From contig NW_015166428.1 of assembly GCF_001447785.1 (NCBI RefSeq), positions 733,280-797,279 of the forward strand: DNA of 64,000 nt, read 5' to 3'. Both the position numbers and the translations under genes were made by a program. The notes below the pieces were generated by a model, which saw only the letters and a program-made list of their open reading frames with translations, ran no database searches and had not been told where the DNA came from. Source of the stretch: Gekko japonicus (taxonomy: Eukaryota). Within the stretch, counting starts at the first letter, position 1. Each line of letters begins with the position of its first letter. Positions 1-13,129 of the stretch are shown in pieces.

Positions 1-755
1 TTGCAAGCGCCTACCAGATATAGCTTTTGATAAATAATATATATTCCAAGGGGAAGGGGTCAAAATGAATATTTTCAGTTATCTGAAAGGATTAGTGTTT
101 GATGCTATTCAGATCTTCAGAAAGAAAGAGCTGTATAAGGCTACCTGTGTCCCAGTAGTAACAGCCCTGCTGTTTAAGATCATTGGCTTGTTTTGTAAAA
201 TTTACCTTGTTCTGGATGGTGTGCAACACTCCATCTCCAGGAAGACGGAACATAATTTTCATTTTAAGGAGGAAACCAGATGCAGAAAAATCATTTCCCT
301 TTAAGGAAGTATTCCCCCCTCTTTCCTTTCTCACATTTGCACAAGTACTAGCAGCTAAAGGTCAAATTAGATGTGATGGAGATTGAAGATCCCAGTTAGC
401 CATTTAAAGACAAATTACAGCGGCAGTTTTGGATTGGGCCACGTGGGAGAAATACAGTGGGTTGTGTTTTGGTTTTGCTAATAGAAAATGAGGCAGCTAT
501 TCTGTAGTTAGTGTTTTAAAGGGGAGGGTGGGGGGAAGACAGGCATATGCCTGTCTCTTTCTCTAAGAGGCTGTAACAGTACCGTGAAACCAGTTTTCAT
601 TTGGGAAACAGTGTGGGGAATGCAACCACTAACCACACACCCCATCTTCACATGGCCCTGATCCAACTTTGGAACTGCACACATCTATAATTAATCTTTA
701 AAAGATGCTGGGAAAGTCCAGTCATGACTCTCCCAATATCTCAGCAAACTGAGAG

Positions 756-970
756 AAAAATGCCAGGTGTTAAGGGACTGGTTTATTATCATACAAGGCT
801 CCTACGCGTTTTGCTGTGCAGGCTTCATCAGGGGGATCACAGAATTCACCTAGTGCTGGACCTTTCCACAGCAATTAGGTCCAGCACTAGGTGAATCCTC
901 TGATCCCCCTGACGAAGCCTGCACAGCCAAAAATGTAGGGGCTTTGTATGATAATACACCTGGCATTTTT
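756..970. mobile_element. Inverted-repeat Penelope-like relic with two decayed minimal hammerhead motifs
   Basis: Arms 756-863 and 877-970 are reverse complements; cccc-CTGAYGA-agcctgcacagc-(A)AAA-cgcg-TA-ggrg in each arm. Confidence 0.7.
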
Positions 971-2675
971 TTCCTTTTCGGTGGCACAATTCTGGGTATA
1001 GCCCAATTTTTGTTTCTCCTAATATCTTCCCTGTTTGTGCATTGTTGGTCTTTGTCAAATGCTCGAGATAACGGATTCCTTGAAGGATTGTTTTTTTAAA
1101 GCACTTAAAATATAAGGAAGAACTTGGCAGTAGTAACATGGATCATCCTAGCAAGAATAGAGTGGTGGGTTCTGCTGTTCTGAAATTTTTCTTGTCTTTA
1201 AGCTGTGCAGTTATGAACACCTATAAGTGAATTGGTCTGGGCAGCCAAAATTAGCCGAAGGAGAAATGAGCATTGCTTTGCCTGTTATTTTAAGTAATTA
1301 CAGCATCCTAATCCATCCACAGACCAAGTGTACTGAGTAACTGGTACTGCGGTCCCTGCCAGTGTGTAGCTGATCTGCAACTGTAAAGCTCCACAGATAA
1401 CTAGGGGAAGTCTTCTTTTTTTTAACTTGCCCCTCTGTACAGGCAGCAGCAGGAAATTGTACGAATGAAGTTTATATATATATTTATGTCCGCCACTATG
1501 TTTTCTTCCACGTTGGAAATAAGAGGTCTGTTTCTCTTCTGTTGAAATAAATATCTCCATGCATGTGATGAGCATTCGTTTTCGGTAAGAGGAAATTGCC
1601 TCTACCACAGATAAAAACAGGGTTGCAAGCGTCAATTTGTGGAGTAATCACCTAAAGCTTTAGGCGATTAGTCAGTGGGGTCAATCAGTGGGGGCGTGCA
1701 TGTAAGGCTATACTTAGTTTCTGAGTCTGTTTTTGTCAAGGTACATTTCTGTAATAAGGAAACATGAACCATTGCCTTTCCTTCCAACAACGAATGCAAA
1801 GTTTAGTTTTTACATCGTTTATGATCTCATGCTTTTTGCAGAATTTCAAAATGGCACTAGTACTGGATTCTGGCAATATGAATGTAAATTAGATAAGTGC
1901 AGTTGATTTAAAAGGCAGATAATTAATTAGCTAAACGTTTTTTAATCAGCCCTAGTAAAAAGGTAACCAAAAAGGAAGGAAATAATTTGAAAGTCCAAAC
2001 GTGCTGCAGGTACATTTCTACCCTTGCCAGGCCTCCACAACGCCACCCACCCAAGCACACACCCCCTACCATGGATGCTGGCCCCCTAGGGCCTGGGACT
2101 GCAGTAGGTGGAAACGAGTGGGGGTTTTACTGTGTTGTGGTTTTCAAAATATGTTGTGCTTTCAGGCTTGAAAAGTCTTTAAGAAGCATGCAGGAGAAAG
2201 GGAGGATTATCACACATCCAACAGGCTGCCCTATATGGCCAGCGGGTATTATGTGCCAGCTCTCTCATACTCCTCCCGTTGCAGTCACCACCTCCATGTA
2301 TCCACTGAGTTAGAGCAGTTGCCCACTAAAGCTCTTGCCATAGTGTAGCTCCTAGCCTCTCACACGCTGCCACATATTTTGTCTTCACCACTTTCTGCAG
2401 TGCAGTCTTGTCGAGAGGATGGGACAGATTTTTTAAAAGCTTTTAATAATTGTACATTGCCTTGAGTTCTTTTTAGGCCCCAGAGGTCCAAATTCCTTAT
2501 ATTGAAGATGAAAACCACTGCAACTTGTTTTTGGAGCACAACTGCGGGATGTATTACCGCAAGAGATACAACAAATGCCGTAATTGTATTGTTCACAGTC
2601 TGCCACCACTTCCCCCCATCAGCTCAGATGATTTGAAAAATGAGCTTATGTAAATTAGAAGAAACTGAAAAACTA

Positions 2676-2804
<129 letters not shown>

Positions 2805-3306
2805 TTAAGCAGCTTACAACAGAGTAAAATGACAAAAACTGGGGGGGGGGTTCAAAAGACCCACTTAAGCAGCAATCAATATGCAACAATTCTAGGTGGC
2901 ATAAAAATGAAAAAAATCATAGTCCCCAAACTAAAATTAGAATTCAGATTGCAACCATTATTAACAATGACCCCCTCCCCCTGGTCTAAAACCAACATTT
3001 TGGCCCAATACTTGTAAGCAAGAAAGAATGGAGTAAAAGCTGTTAATTGCACATGTCTCTGAGGAGAATCAGTTTAGTGACTGGACTTTTGTTTCCTCAG
3101 CACATAGGCCAAGCAGATGGCTGCACTTGGCCTGAGATAATGGACCTTATTTGACTGGGACCTCTAAAGATATCATGTCTAGTTAGCAGACAAATAGTAT
3201 TATATAAATGTTGCAGAAATTTGAGAGATCATAGCTATGTGAACAAAGATATATGTGGTTGAGCTTCCTTGACCAAGCCTTCTGATAGACATGGTGTTTC
3301 TGATAT

Positions 3307-3790
3307 TGTAAGGAAGAAACCAGCTCAGCTGCAAAACTGCAACCCTGAAGAACTAAGTGAAGAGTAGCGGGGGAGGCCTGACCTTGTAAGTTGTTACAGG
3401 AACGGCTGCTTTTCATCTCACTAGGAGCCATAGGGCCAAACTACCTTAATCAACAGCTGGCCCTGCTGGATAAAATGCTCAGCAGCTCATTATGACGTTA
3501 AGCAGGATAAAGAAGGGGGGAGAATAGCTGAAGGAGGTGCCATCATTTTAGGGAGGATGCTGTCCCTTTGGACTAATACATTTTAACTGCAAGCGCCATC
3601 TGATTTTAATTGTTTGTTGTATTCTGATCAGCCATAGACTTTTGCCAGCCATTCTTTTTGCTTTTGTTATCCATTCTTGGAGTGATACTGTTTCTATTTT
3701 GTCTGGATAATAAACCTTGCCTTGATTATTGAACTCAAGTGTGGAACCTGACTCTGCACCTGGAGGAGGACCCTAAGCCTCAACCTTACA
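3307..3790 (+). mobile_element. Solo LTR (484 bp)
   Basis: TGTAAGG...CCTTACA inverted termini; 5-bp TSD gatat; AATAAA near the 3' end. Confidence 0.8.
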
Positions 3791-4024
3791 GATATGGTTT
3801 GGTTTTGGGCTGAATTTGTGCTGGGCATGCTTTATACTGTTGGACATGAAATGTATATGGCTGCCCCTGAGCACTTCTGTCAGTTAGCAACGAAAGAGAC
3901 AGAGTGACACAGCAGGCTACCATTTATGGGCTACCATTGTAAATGGCTGTTAATCAGGAACAGTATCATTAAGAAATGTCTTAAATTTAAGAAAGAAATG
4001 AAGACTGTATTTTCATTTTCAAGA

Positions 4025-4556
4025 TCAAAGTTTGAGTCCAGTGGCACCTTTATTCTGGGTATAAGCTTTCGTGTTCATGCACACTTCTTCAGATCTGAAG
4101 AAGTATGCATGCACACAAAAGCTTAGAATAAAACTTTGTTGGCCTTAAAGGTGCCACTGGACTCAGACTTTGTTCTACTCAGGGCCAGCTCGCTCACTAG
4201 GCGAACTAGGCATTCGCCAAGAGTGCGCCGGCCCTTAGGGGCGCCAAAGTGCACCCGGTGCCTCCCGCCAAAAGCCCCCCTGCTTCCCGGGAGCGGGAAA
4301 AGCTGCAGCCCCCAACGCTGCCCTAGCGGGCGGTGGTCTTGGGCGGTGGGCTGAGGCCGGGGGCGCCGGCTGCTGCAGTGGTGGGCGGTTCCATGGGCCA
4401 TTCCCAACCCCAGCCCTGCCTCTGTGGCTGGGGGCCGATGGTCAGGCCAGTTCATTGACGGCCCAGCTGGTAGCCTCGCCTAGTGTGTAAAAAAACCTGG
4501 GGCCGGCCCTGGTTCTACTGCTTCAGACCAGCATAGCTACCCTCCTGAAACTATCA
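4025..4556. mobile_element. Palindromic Penelope-like terminal fragment, interrupted by a hAT MITE
   Basis: Inverted arms centred on ttcttcagatctgaagaa (about 4093). Related pieces at 4940-5045, 18990-19082, 22262-22420, 57265-57520, 62660-62792. Confidence 0.7.
4180..4511. mobile_element. GC-rich hAT-type MITE (Tip100/MER45-like termini)
   Basis: TIR CAGGGCCAGC / GCCGGCCCTG; perfect 8-bp TSD gttctact. Confidence 0.85.
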
Positions 4557-4566
4557 TTTTCAGGAA

Positions 4567-4783
4567 GTGTGTGTGTGTAAAGTGACATTAAGTCACAGCT
4601 GAGTTACGGCGACCCCTCATGGGGTTTTCAAGGCAAGAGATATTCAGAGGTGGTTTGCCATTGCCAGCTTCTGCACAGACACCCTTGGACTCCCTTGGGG
4701 TCTCCCATCTGAATGCTAACAGTGCCCACCCTGCCTGGTTTCTGAGATCTGCTAAGATCAGGCTCGCCTGCCCCATCCAGGTT
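4567..4783 (-). mobile_element. 5S-rRNA-headed SINE with RTE/BovA-like tail
   Basis: Reverse complement of the family at 5818, 27713 and 42209. Confidence 0.75.
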
Positions 4784-5817
4784 GGACGAGAAGTACTTGT
4801 ATATTTTCAAAATGTACTTTGGAGGTGCCCCAGTATGTCTGATGTGATATCTTGGTTGAGTAAATTGCCTCCTTTATTTGATTTAGAGCATATTGACCCT
4901 CATAATACGTATCTCAGCCACAGTTACTTCCCCCATAGATTTCTGGGTAGCCATGTTAGTCTGTCTGTAGCAGTAGAAAAGAGCAAGAGTCCAGTAGCCA
5001 CAAAAACAGTCTTTAAGGAGCTACTGGACTCTTGCCGTTTTCTACCAATAACTTTCTGTTAGAGTTCTATAACCCTGGATGTTGAAGGAATATTTGCATT
5101 CATTTTATATGTCGTTTACTTAACTTCTTTCCCCCATTTTGTAAAACTCTACATTTTTAGTACAAAAAGAAGAATTATTGTCCTGTTTGTCCCTGGACAA
5201 GAGGTCACTTGGCAGCGGTGGCCAAAGAGGGAACTAGATGCCAGTTTAGGAACTGCTGTTATGGTATGCTCTAAGTCACCACTTCATGATTTAATTCTGA
5301 ATCAAGGCAGAAATAGTTTGTGCCACAGTAAATGCAATGCATTTTTTTTAGTAGAAAGGAGTTTTCTGAAGTCTCCTTTGAAGAGAATGGTGCAGGGTAT
5401 GCACCAAAACGTGTTTTGTTTTGTACAGTGACAAAGCATCTTGTATTCAGAATATAAAACCATTTCCAAAGATAAATGCCAGAAGCTCGAATAAAACTAT
5501 GATCAGATGAGAAAAATTGTTGCTGAAATCTCCTAGGGTTTAGTTGTGTGAACTTATTATGAAGGCAGGCAGAATTCATTGTTCTGACACTTTGGAACAG
5601 AAGACCTTTGATTTAAGTATGCTTTTAAAAAGAAGCAAGCAAGCAAAACTAGACTTTATGCTGTACTGAAAGACTCTCATGGAAGCACTTTGAAAGGCAT
5701 TGGCTTTGTTTCTTAAGTCTGTACGGAAGATCATCATCGAGACTTTTGACATTTCTTGGATTCTCTTACCATGCTGCTCAGTAGAATGGTTTGTTCCTTT
5801 TTCCTGTTAGGATAATA

Positions 5818-5988
5818 GCCCTGACCTGGTTAGCCCGGGCTAGCCCAATCTCATCAGATCTCGGAAGCTAAGCAGGGTGTCGGCCTTGGCTAGTATTTGG
5901 AAGGGCAACCTCCAAGGAACACCAAGGTGTGATGCAGAGTCAGGCAACGGCAAACCGCCTCTGAAAACATCTCTTGTCTTAAAAACAA
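5818..5988 (+). mobile_element. 5S-rRNA-headed SINE (3' truncated)
   Basis: gatctcggaagctaagcaggg..tagtatttggaaggg resembles the 5S internal control region, followed by ggcaacggcaaaccgcctctgaa. Confidence 0.78.
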
Positions 5989-6504
5989 GTCTAGCTCACT
6001 ACCTAGTGGTGCATAATGCTAAAAAAGAGCTAGAATTTCTGGCTGCCAAACAATCTTAGGACCTCCTGGCTATACAACACACAATGCAGTATGATAATTA
6101 ATTAATTAATGAGACCCATGCTGCTGTCCTAAAATGTACTTGTGTTAAGCCTTGTATACCCCCAGAATCCCTATTATCCAAGGGTTCTTGTATCTGGAAC
6201 TATATGTAGACTTTTATTGTGAGATATAGTTCTAGTGTAGCCTTCAGTACTGGAACAGTTTCCCCCTTTCTCGGTAGCCCAGCTATATTAGAGCACTGCG
6301 GACCTTATTAGGATGTGTCTGCCAAACATCCAGCACCAGCTGTTGTGTGAGGCAAACTCTGTTGAGTGCCAACTATGGAGCAGGAAGTTACCCGCAAACT
6401 TCTAGCCAGCCTGGCTAACATGGTACAGGTGCTGCAACATGGAGCCTCTGCACAGCTCTCTCGTGGCCTGAGTGTACACAAACAATTGCAGTCACAAACA
6501 ATTA

Positions 6505-6833
6505 CTGCGGTGGCTCAAGTGGTTAAGACACTGAACTGCAGGCTGTGGAAGGTCAGTAGTTCAGAAGTTCGAAACCCGAGTTGCCGCATGACGGAGTGAG
6601 CTCCCGTCTCTAGTTCCAGCTCCTGCCAACCTAGCAGTTTGAAAGCAAGAAATTGCAAGCAGATAAATAGGTACCATTTCGGTGGGAAGGTAACAGTGTT
6701 CTGTGCGCCTTGGCCACATGACCACGGAAACGTCTTCAGACAGCGCTGGCTCTTCGGCTTGGAAACGGAGATGAGCACTGCAACCCTAGAGTCAGACTTG
6801 ACTGGCTTTCGAGCAAGGGAACCTTCACCTTCA
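6505..6833 (+). mobile_element. Sauria SINE (Squam1)
   Basis: tRNA-like A box ggtggctcaagtggttaag; ccagctcctgccaacctagcagtt core; acctt tail; 4 copies in the window. Confidence 0.85.
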
Positions 6834-7056
6834 CAGCCTTCTGCTCACGTGTAGCCTTTCCATCACTGAGGCCTGGCCTGACTGGGCTCCCCCCCCCCCC
6901 AAGCTCTTCAGCCTCTATGCACAAGTGGCTGTTGATAAATTCACATTCCCCTTTCTCAGCAGCTTCATGTCGTTGGCAACCAAGTAGCACACTACAGTCT
7001 AGTCCACTGCTTTCAGTCATTTGAGTGCCACTACTGCATCAGTCAACCATAAGTGG

Positions 7057-7968
7057 GAGAAGAAGAAGAGATTGGATTTATATCCCGCACTTCACTCAGA
7101 GTCTCAGAACGGCTTACAATCAGAACGAGCTTCCTGCAGAGATTAGAGTCCTGCGGGACTTGTCACAGTTCCGCAGGGCTGTGAAAACAGAACTTTTCAG
7201 GCAGGCGTTCCGATAGGAGAGATGGCGTACCAGCAGCGCCCTGTGTGAACTTTGATCCAATACGATCTAACGTGGGGGCACCGTTGAATGTGTCTTTATA
7301 CTGCACTTTAGTTTTTTCGCCATCTAATGAATGTTTTATATGGATTGTTTGTGTTTTAACTATGCCTTGTATTTATGTTTTATTGTGTATGTATACTGCT
7401 TGTCAGTTTTGGAAGCCGCCCTGAGCCCATTTGCAGGGAGGGCGGGGTAAAAGTGGAATAAATAAATAAATATAAATAAATCTCCTTTTCTTCCTCTCCC
7501 CACAATGGATGCCCCATGAGGTAGATGGGGCTGAGAGAGCTCTGACTGAGAACTGCTCTTGCGAGAACAGCTCTGAGAGAACTGTGGCTTGCCCAAGGTC
7601 ACCCAGCAGCTACATGTGGAGGAGTGCAGAAGAAGAAGAGATTGGATTTATACCCCGCCCTTCACAACCCAAAGGTGTCCCAGAGCATCTTACAAACTCC
7701 TTTCCCTTCCCCTCCCCACAACAGACACCCTGTGAGGTGGGTGGGGCTGAGAGAGCTCTTGACAGAGACTGCTCTTTTTCAAGAACAGCTCTTATCAAAA
7801 CTATGGCTTGCCCAAGGTCATCCAGCCAGGTGCAAGTGGAGGAGTGGGGAATCAAACCCGGCTCTCCCAGATTAGAGTCCACGCACTTAACCACTACACC
7901 AAACTGGCTGGGGAATCAAACCCAGTTCTCCCAGATTAGAGTCCCGTGTTCTTAACTGCTACCAAACT
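7057..7968 (-). mobile_element. Squam3-like SINE carrying an L2 3' end (about 7121-7480, +) and a second Squam3-like copy (about 7627-7909)
   Basis: gaagaagagattggatttata.. tail and ..accactacaccaaactggct tRNA head; the outer copy resumes after each insert. Confidence 0.8.
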
Positions 7969-9268
7969 GATTTTTCCAGTATCCCTGGAAAAGGCAGACA
8001 CTCCTCTTCACACTTCCCCTCCCCCAGCACTGACTTTAGCAGTCACCCCCCAAATTTAGGAGCCAGAGTTATTTTTCAGCCTTCAGGGTTTTTATATTTT
8101 CATGACCATACTTTCTCATTATCACTACCAGAAAATCCTGTCCTAAACTCTTCACAGGTCCTAATTTTTAAAAACACCTGTAGATTGTATATAAATATAT
8201 GTTGTGTATCCCTAGTTGTCTCGGTTTGTAAGACCTGAGCAAGGAGCCTCTGTTAATGATAGGATATTTTGGAGGTTGTACTGCCCCCAGCAGAATATGT
8301 AGCTAGCAGATTGTTTTAGAGTAGGAAAATGAGTCCTTTGCCTTTCAGACATGGCACCATGGGAAATGTAGTTTAAGGATTCTTTAGGTCCACAGAGATC
8401 ATTAATTCATATGGTCGCCGTAAGTTGGAAGCAGCTTGGTGGCACTAAACACCCACACAGCCCTAGTTGTTATCACAACAAAAATTTAACCTGTATCCCT
8501 CACCTAAATAAACATTATACTTCTCCAGAGAATCACCAAGAGGCACTTCCAATAAGTGACTGATGAAAATGCTTGGTACCACAGTGAAATTTCTAGACAC
8601 ATGGGCTTTGGGGTTTGTCGAGTCCTGCAGTAGCCCAGGCAGCTGTTGTGTGTGGAATTAAGATGCACTGCAGTAGCACATAACTTCTGCTAGCTAAACA
8701 CACAGGTATTATTTTAGTTACTAGATATTCAAACAGCATCCGAGAAATATGTTTGTGTGTATGGGGACTGGTTGATTTGTCTGTTGTCTTGCATGCATGC
8801 TCTTGTGGAGTTATGGGAAGTGGGCCATGGTCATAATAATAGCAAGGACTGCATCGTAACCTTAAATCTCAGTTCAAAACTAACGTGTGGCCATAGCAGC
8901 CTAATCTTGATTGCTTCCTCTGGCTTTGATTAACGGCTTGAAAAAAAGTTGCATTTGTTTGTTTTTCTCATTTTCAAAAAGATTTTATTAAAGTTAAAAT
9001 CACAGCACAATCATGAAGAGGATGAAACAGAACATCAAAAAATTTTAAAGCGAAGGAACCATAGCCCTTTTAGAGTATAGGAAATAAAAGTTTGCAAGCA
9101 CTGTAAGACAACCACAGCATTTGTCATCAGTGGCAGCAAAAATGTATTTCCTCCTTTTCATATCTTTCAGTGGTAGTAATGGCAATCTTTCCGAAAGCTG
9201 GAGGAATGGCTTATTTTTTTTGGGGGGGGGGGAGGTCTAGGGGAGAATTTTAAAAGCTGTATACTCAC

Positions 9269-9392
9269 CAATCAAAATAAAGGCCATAGCAATGAAGAAA
9301 GTAAGGATGTATCCTCTGATCGGTTCGTTGTTTTTCCCGTACCCTTTGGCAAAAAAGTGGAGGGCTCGGTAGATGTTATCCTTGCAGAGGGC
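9269..9392 (-). CDS. SLC12A1: NKCC2 exon 13 (124 nt)
   Basis: caacag|GCC..ATTG|gtgagt; [41 protein letters not shown]. Confidence 0.96.
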
Positions 9393-9699
9393 CTGTTGAA
9401 AGAGCAGAACTGATTTCAGAATGCAGTGCTTCCAAGCATGTTACTACCATGTAATGAATAAAGCCAAGTTTGCCCTTGTAAGTTTTGAAATGGGGAAAGT
9501 GTATGAGAAGGACAGGTGACACGATTACTCTGCACTCCAAAACGTCTCTTCCCTGCAAGCCAGCAATGCTGATTGGGAGAATCATCATCACCATCCATAG
9601 CTTCTGTGTTTCAGAGACTAGGAACGAGCTTGGGATGCAACCACTGGAAGTGGCAAAACTACTGTGCTCTGGTATTGTAAGGATTAGCCAGCCATGTGG

Positions 9700-10930
9700 G
9701 GGGAGGGGAACAACAACAACTGGGGATCAGGCTTCCAGCATTCAATGGGGCGCCATGGGTGCCAACGTCAAGGGTGAAGAGCCTGGGGGTGTTCCTGGAT
9801 GCCTCCATTTCTATGGAGGCCCAGGTCACCGCCATTGCCAGGTCTGCCTTTTTCCATCTGAGGCAAATCAGGCAGTTGGCCCCATATCTCACGCCCTGGG
9901 ACCTGGTTACGGTGACCCATGCAATGGAAGAAGAGAAGAAGAAGAAGCGATTGGATTTATACCCTGCCCTTCACTACCCAAAGGAGTCTCAGAGCAACTT
10001 ACAAACTCCTTCCCCTTCCCCTCCCCACAACAGACACCCTGGGAGGTAGGTGGGGCTGAGAGAGCTCTTGACAGAAACTGTTCTTTTTCAAGGACAGCTC
10101 TTGTCAGAACTACAGCTTGCCCAAGGTCATCCAGCCAGCTGCAAGTGGAGGAGTGGGGAATCAAAACGGGTTCTCCCAGATTAGAGTCCGTGCACTTAAC
10201 CCCTACACCAATGGTCACTTCCAGGCTGGATTATTGTAACTTCCTCTGTGTGGAGCTGCCCTTGAATCTGCTCTGGAAGTTGCAGCCAGTGCAGAATGTG
10301 TGCCTGTGTGGGCTCACATCCACCCAGTACTGCTTGAACTGCACTGACTGCCTATTGAATACCAGATCCGTTTCAAGGTGCTGGTGCTTTCCTTTAAAGC
10401 CCTATGCGGCCAGGGGTCAGCATACTTTCAGGACCTGCCTCTCTCCATATGAGCCCCATAGAGCACTGAGTTCTACAAATCAACACCTTCTGGTAGTCGC
10501 CGGCCCCAGGGATGTCTGACTTGCCTCGGCCATAGGGACATCCCACTTGCTAAAAAGGCCCAGGCCCCTACCTGGTGGAATGAGTTCCCGTATGAGATCA
10601 GGGCCCTGCGGGACTTATTAAATTCTGCAGGCCCTGCAAGACGGGACTCTTCCGCTGGGCTTTTAGTTGAGGCAGCAGACATACTCCCCCCCACCCCAAG
10701 TTGGTCTCCCATCAGTATCCTAGATTTGGACAGCCACTACTTTCCCACCTTAACTGCTGAGACATTTGATTAGATATTGCATGGTATTTTATAACGTTTG
10801 TACTGTTTTAATTTTGTTGTTTTAAATTAGTTATAATTGTTATTGTAAATGGTATTAATATTGATGGAACCTGCCCTGAGCCTGCTTGCGAGGAGGGTGG
10901 GATACAAATCTAATAGAATAAATAAAAATA
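9700..10930 (+). mobile_element. L2-clade LINE 3' fragment interrupted by a Squam3-like SINE (9928-10208, -)
   Basis: VKSLGVFLD..AFFHLRQIRQLAPYL..THAM / VTSRLDYCN RT C-terminus; TSD caatgg around the SINE; gccctgagc..aataaa tail. Confidence 0.85.
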
Positions 10931-11302
10931 CCTCAACTTTGCACCTCTTAATAGGATGCTTTTATCATAGATCTGCATCTTGCCTGCCATTTGGGTAGAC
11001 GGGACATGTATCCTCCTGCATACTGGGATCCCATACAGAAGATGCCGTGTTATGTTCCATCAGTACTGCCCCTTGTCATAACTTTGTGCATCAGACTCAG
11101 CTAGCCCAATGTTTTGGTAGTTCAACATGGGAGAGAAAGAAGCAGTGGGTCTTGTGTCGTGTCTGGGGGCTCTTCTGACAAGGGCATTCTCACATCCTGA
11201 ACTGGGAAGTATATTCGGACTGGTGGGAGGAGAGGAGTCTAAAAACATTGTCTGTTGCCCGTATGCGCCACCAAGCCAGGGTACATGCAGTTCAACAAAT
11301 TA

Positions 11303-11491
<189 letters not shown>

Positions 11492-11950
11492 TCAGCTAAT
11501 CCTAGGTACAAACAGAATCATAAATCCCCCATGCTTGCTGCACTGAATCATAATAATACTGATAATGATATGCACTACTATTTGTCACCTCTCCTCTATT
11601 TATCTTTTCTGTCACCTATTAAAAACCTCCTGAACAGCTCTGTATTCAGCACAGCAAGCTCCTTTTGTTGTCAAGAAAACAAGATGCTGCTAGTGGAGGA
11701 AACTATTCTGTAATTGAATCCTGTCCTGTTCCCACTGAAGTCAAAAGGATAATCTCTGTATTTCCTTTGCAAGTACTGTCATTAAGAACAGGATGTCAAA
11801 AGAAGCAATTACACTTTAAAAGAAAGTAATCTCTGTACCTTCCAAAGAGAAATTTGTACATGTAATAGTCTCCATTATATATATATATACACCAGTTATT
11901 GGGGTGTATTGTATAGTTTTGGAAAGTTTCAGGAGCTGTACAGGTTTGTT

Positions 11951-12010
11951 TGAAACGTCAGGTACTACAATGCCAAGACCACGGCCATACAGCCCGGAAA
12001 ATCTACAACT
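11951..12010. mobile_element. Short Penelope-like terminal relic (another family)
   Basis: gaaacgtcaggtactacaatgccaagaccacggccatacagcccggaaaatctacaac resembles recalled lizard Penelope ends. Confidence 0.55.
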
Positions 12011-12977
12011 AATGAACTCTACATTCTGCTGCTTAGACCCAAAGCCTTCTTTATTCTCCAGCGTGCCCATGGAACTCTCGAGGGTGCCTCCTTTGCTTGT
12101 CCCACTCACTTGGGCAGTGGTAGCAGGCTCTTCTTGCAGCCAGGTAGGGTGGCCTCCTCCAATGAAGCAAGTGTAGAAGCCCTGGTCTGCTGTATAGGAC
12201 TCTCTGTGAGAGCAGTACTATTCAGGTGTACTGATCGTGGCTTGCTCCCAGGAAAGTGTTCTTAGGGTGGCTCTGTGTGTGCATAGCTAGTATAGCATCG
12301 TAAGAACACATGGCAGAAAGTAAGGTGTCACAAACTTTCTTTTTAACAATGATGCTCTAGTTTGGGGCTTAGTCCATGCATGAAAAGGAGGCAGGTCCTG
12401 AGGTGGTAAAGTGGACTGTACTGGTTCAGTTGGGTGGTGCTTCCCTGCAAGTGAAAACTAGCACATTAGGGAGAAAGTTGGAGCCCAGCTTGCTTCCTTC
12501 TATGTTAGTTCTCTACTTGTAGGGATGTGGGGTTTTTTCCCTTGTAGAGGAGCATCAAAACTTTGACCCTCCCCTTTGCTGCGACCTCCTAAGTCCCACC
12601 TCATTCTATAGACCAGGCTTCAGAGACAAAGAGTTGCCCAAGTAGTTCCGATCCACGCCCAGCACTTTCTTTACTACTGCATGCTTATCAGCCAATTCAT
12701 CCTCAAAAAAGACTGAATAAAGTCTTGCTTCTTGGCGCTTTGGATGAGGTCATGTCAGGGTGACTGTCCTGGTTACTATTTCAAAGTCTACCTATATAGG
12801 TCATATACCTCAGCTGGTCAGTTAGTACAGATACCGAAAATATCCCCAGCCAACGCATGCTACTGCTTGCTTGTGGGTGAGTGTATTGGCTCTGGTTATT
12901 ATATACAGTGCCTCTTTTGCTCATTTGTACAACGCACATATGATTACACAAATTGCATAATTAGAGCTCTTTTGAAC

Positions 12978-13129
12978 CTGGAAATTATTCATCAGCCCAT
13001 AGCCACATGTCTGGGCTTTACAGCTGGAGAAATCATAGCCTAAGGCACAAGCAGATGATCCATTGCAATTCATTCCATAGACAACTGTATCATTGACATT
13101 CCCGGTAGCATCACGTACGACGCAAGCAG
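12978..13129 (-). CDS. SLC12A1: NKCC2 exon 11 (152 nt, glycosylated extracellular loop)
   Basis: ccacag|CT..CAG|gttcaa; [51 protein letters not shown]; NDT and NGS sequons present. Confidence 0.95.

Noticed and set aside
1-2670. SLC12A1 exon 15 (GWRPAY..); WRP-like codons near 2030 and a donor-like AAG|gtaaat near 205
   Set aside because: No protein match or suitable acceptor; exon 15 is presumably left of the window.
5818-5925. 5S rRNA gene
   Set aside because: The 5' end is not 5S, copies are diverged and fused to an RTE-like tail; called a SINE.
6505-6580. tRNA gene
   Set aside because: A/B boxes belong to SINE heads; no intact cloverleaf seen here or elsewhere.
9485-10519. 344-aa ORF
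   Set aside because: Chance read-through of L2 and SINE sequence; the RT similarity switches frames.
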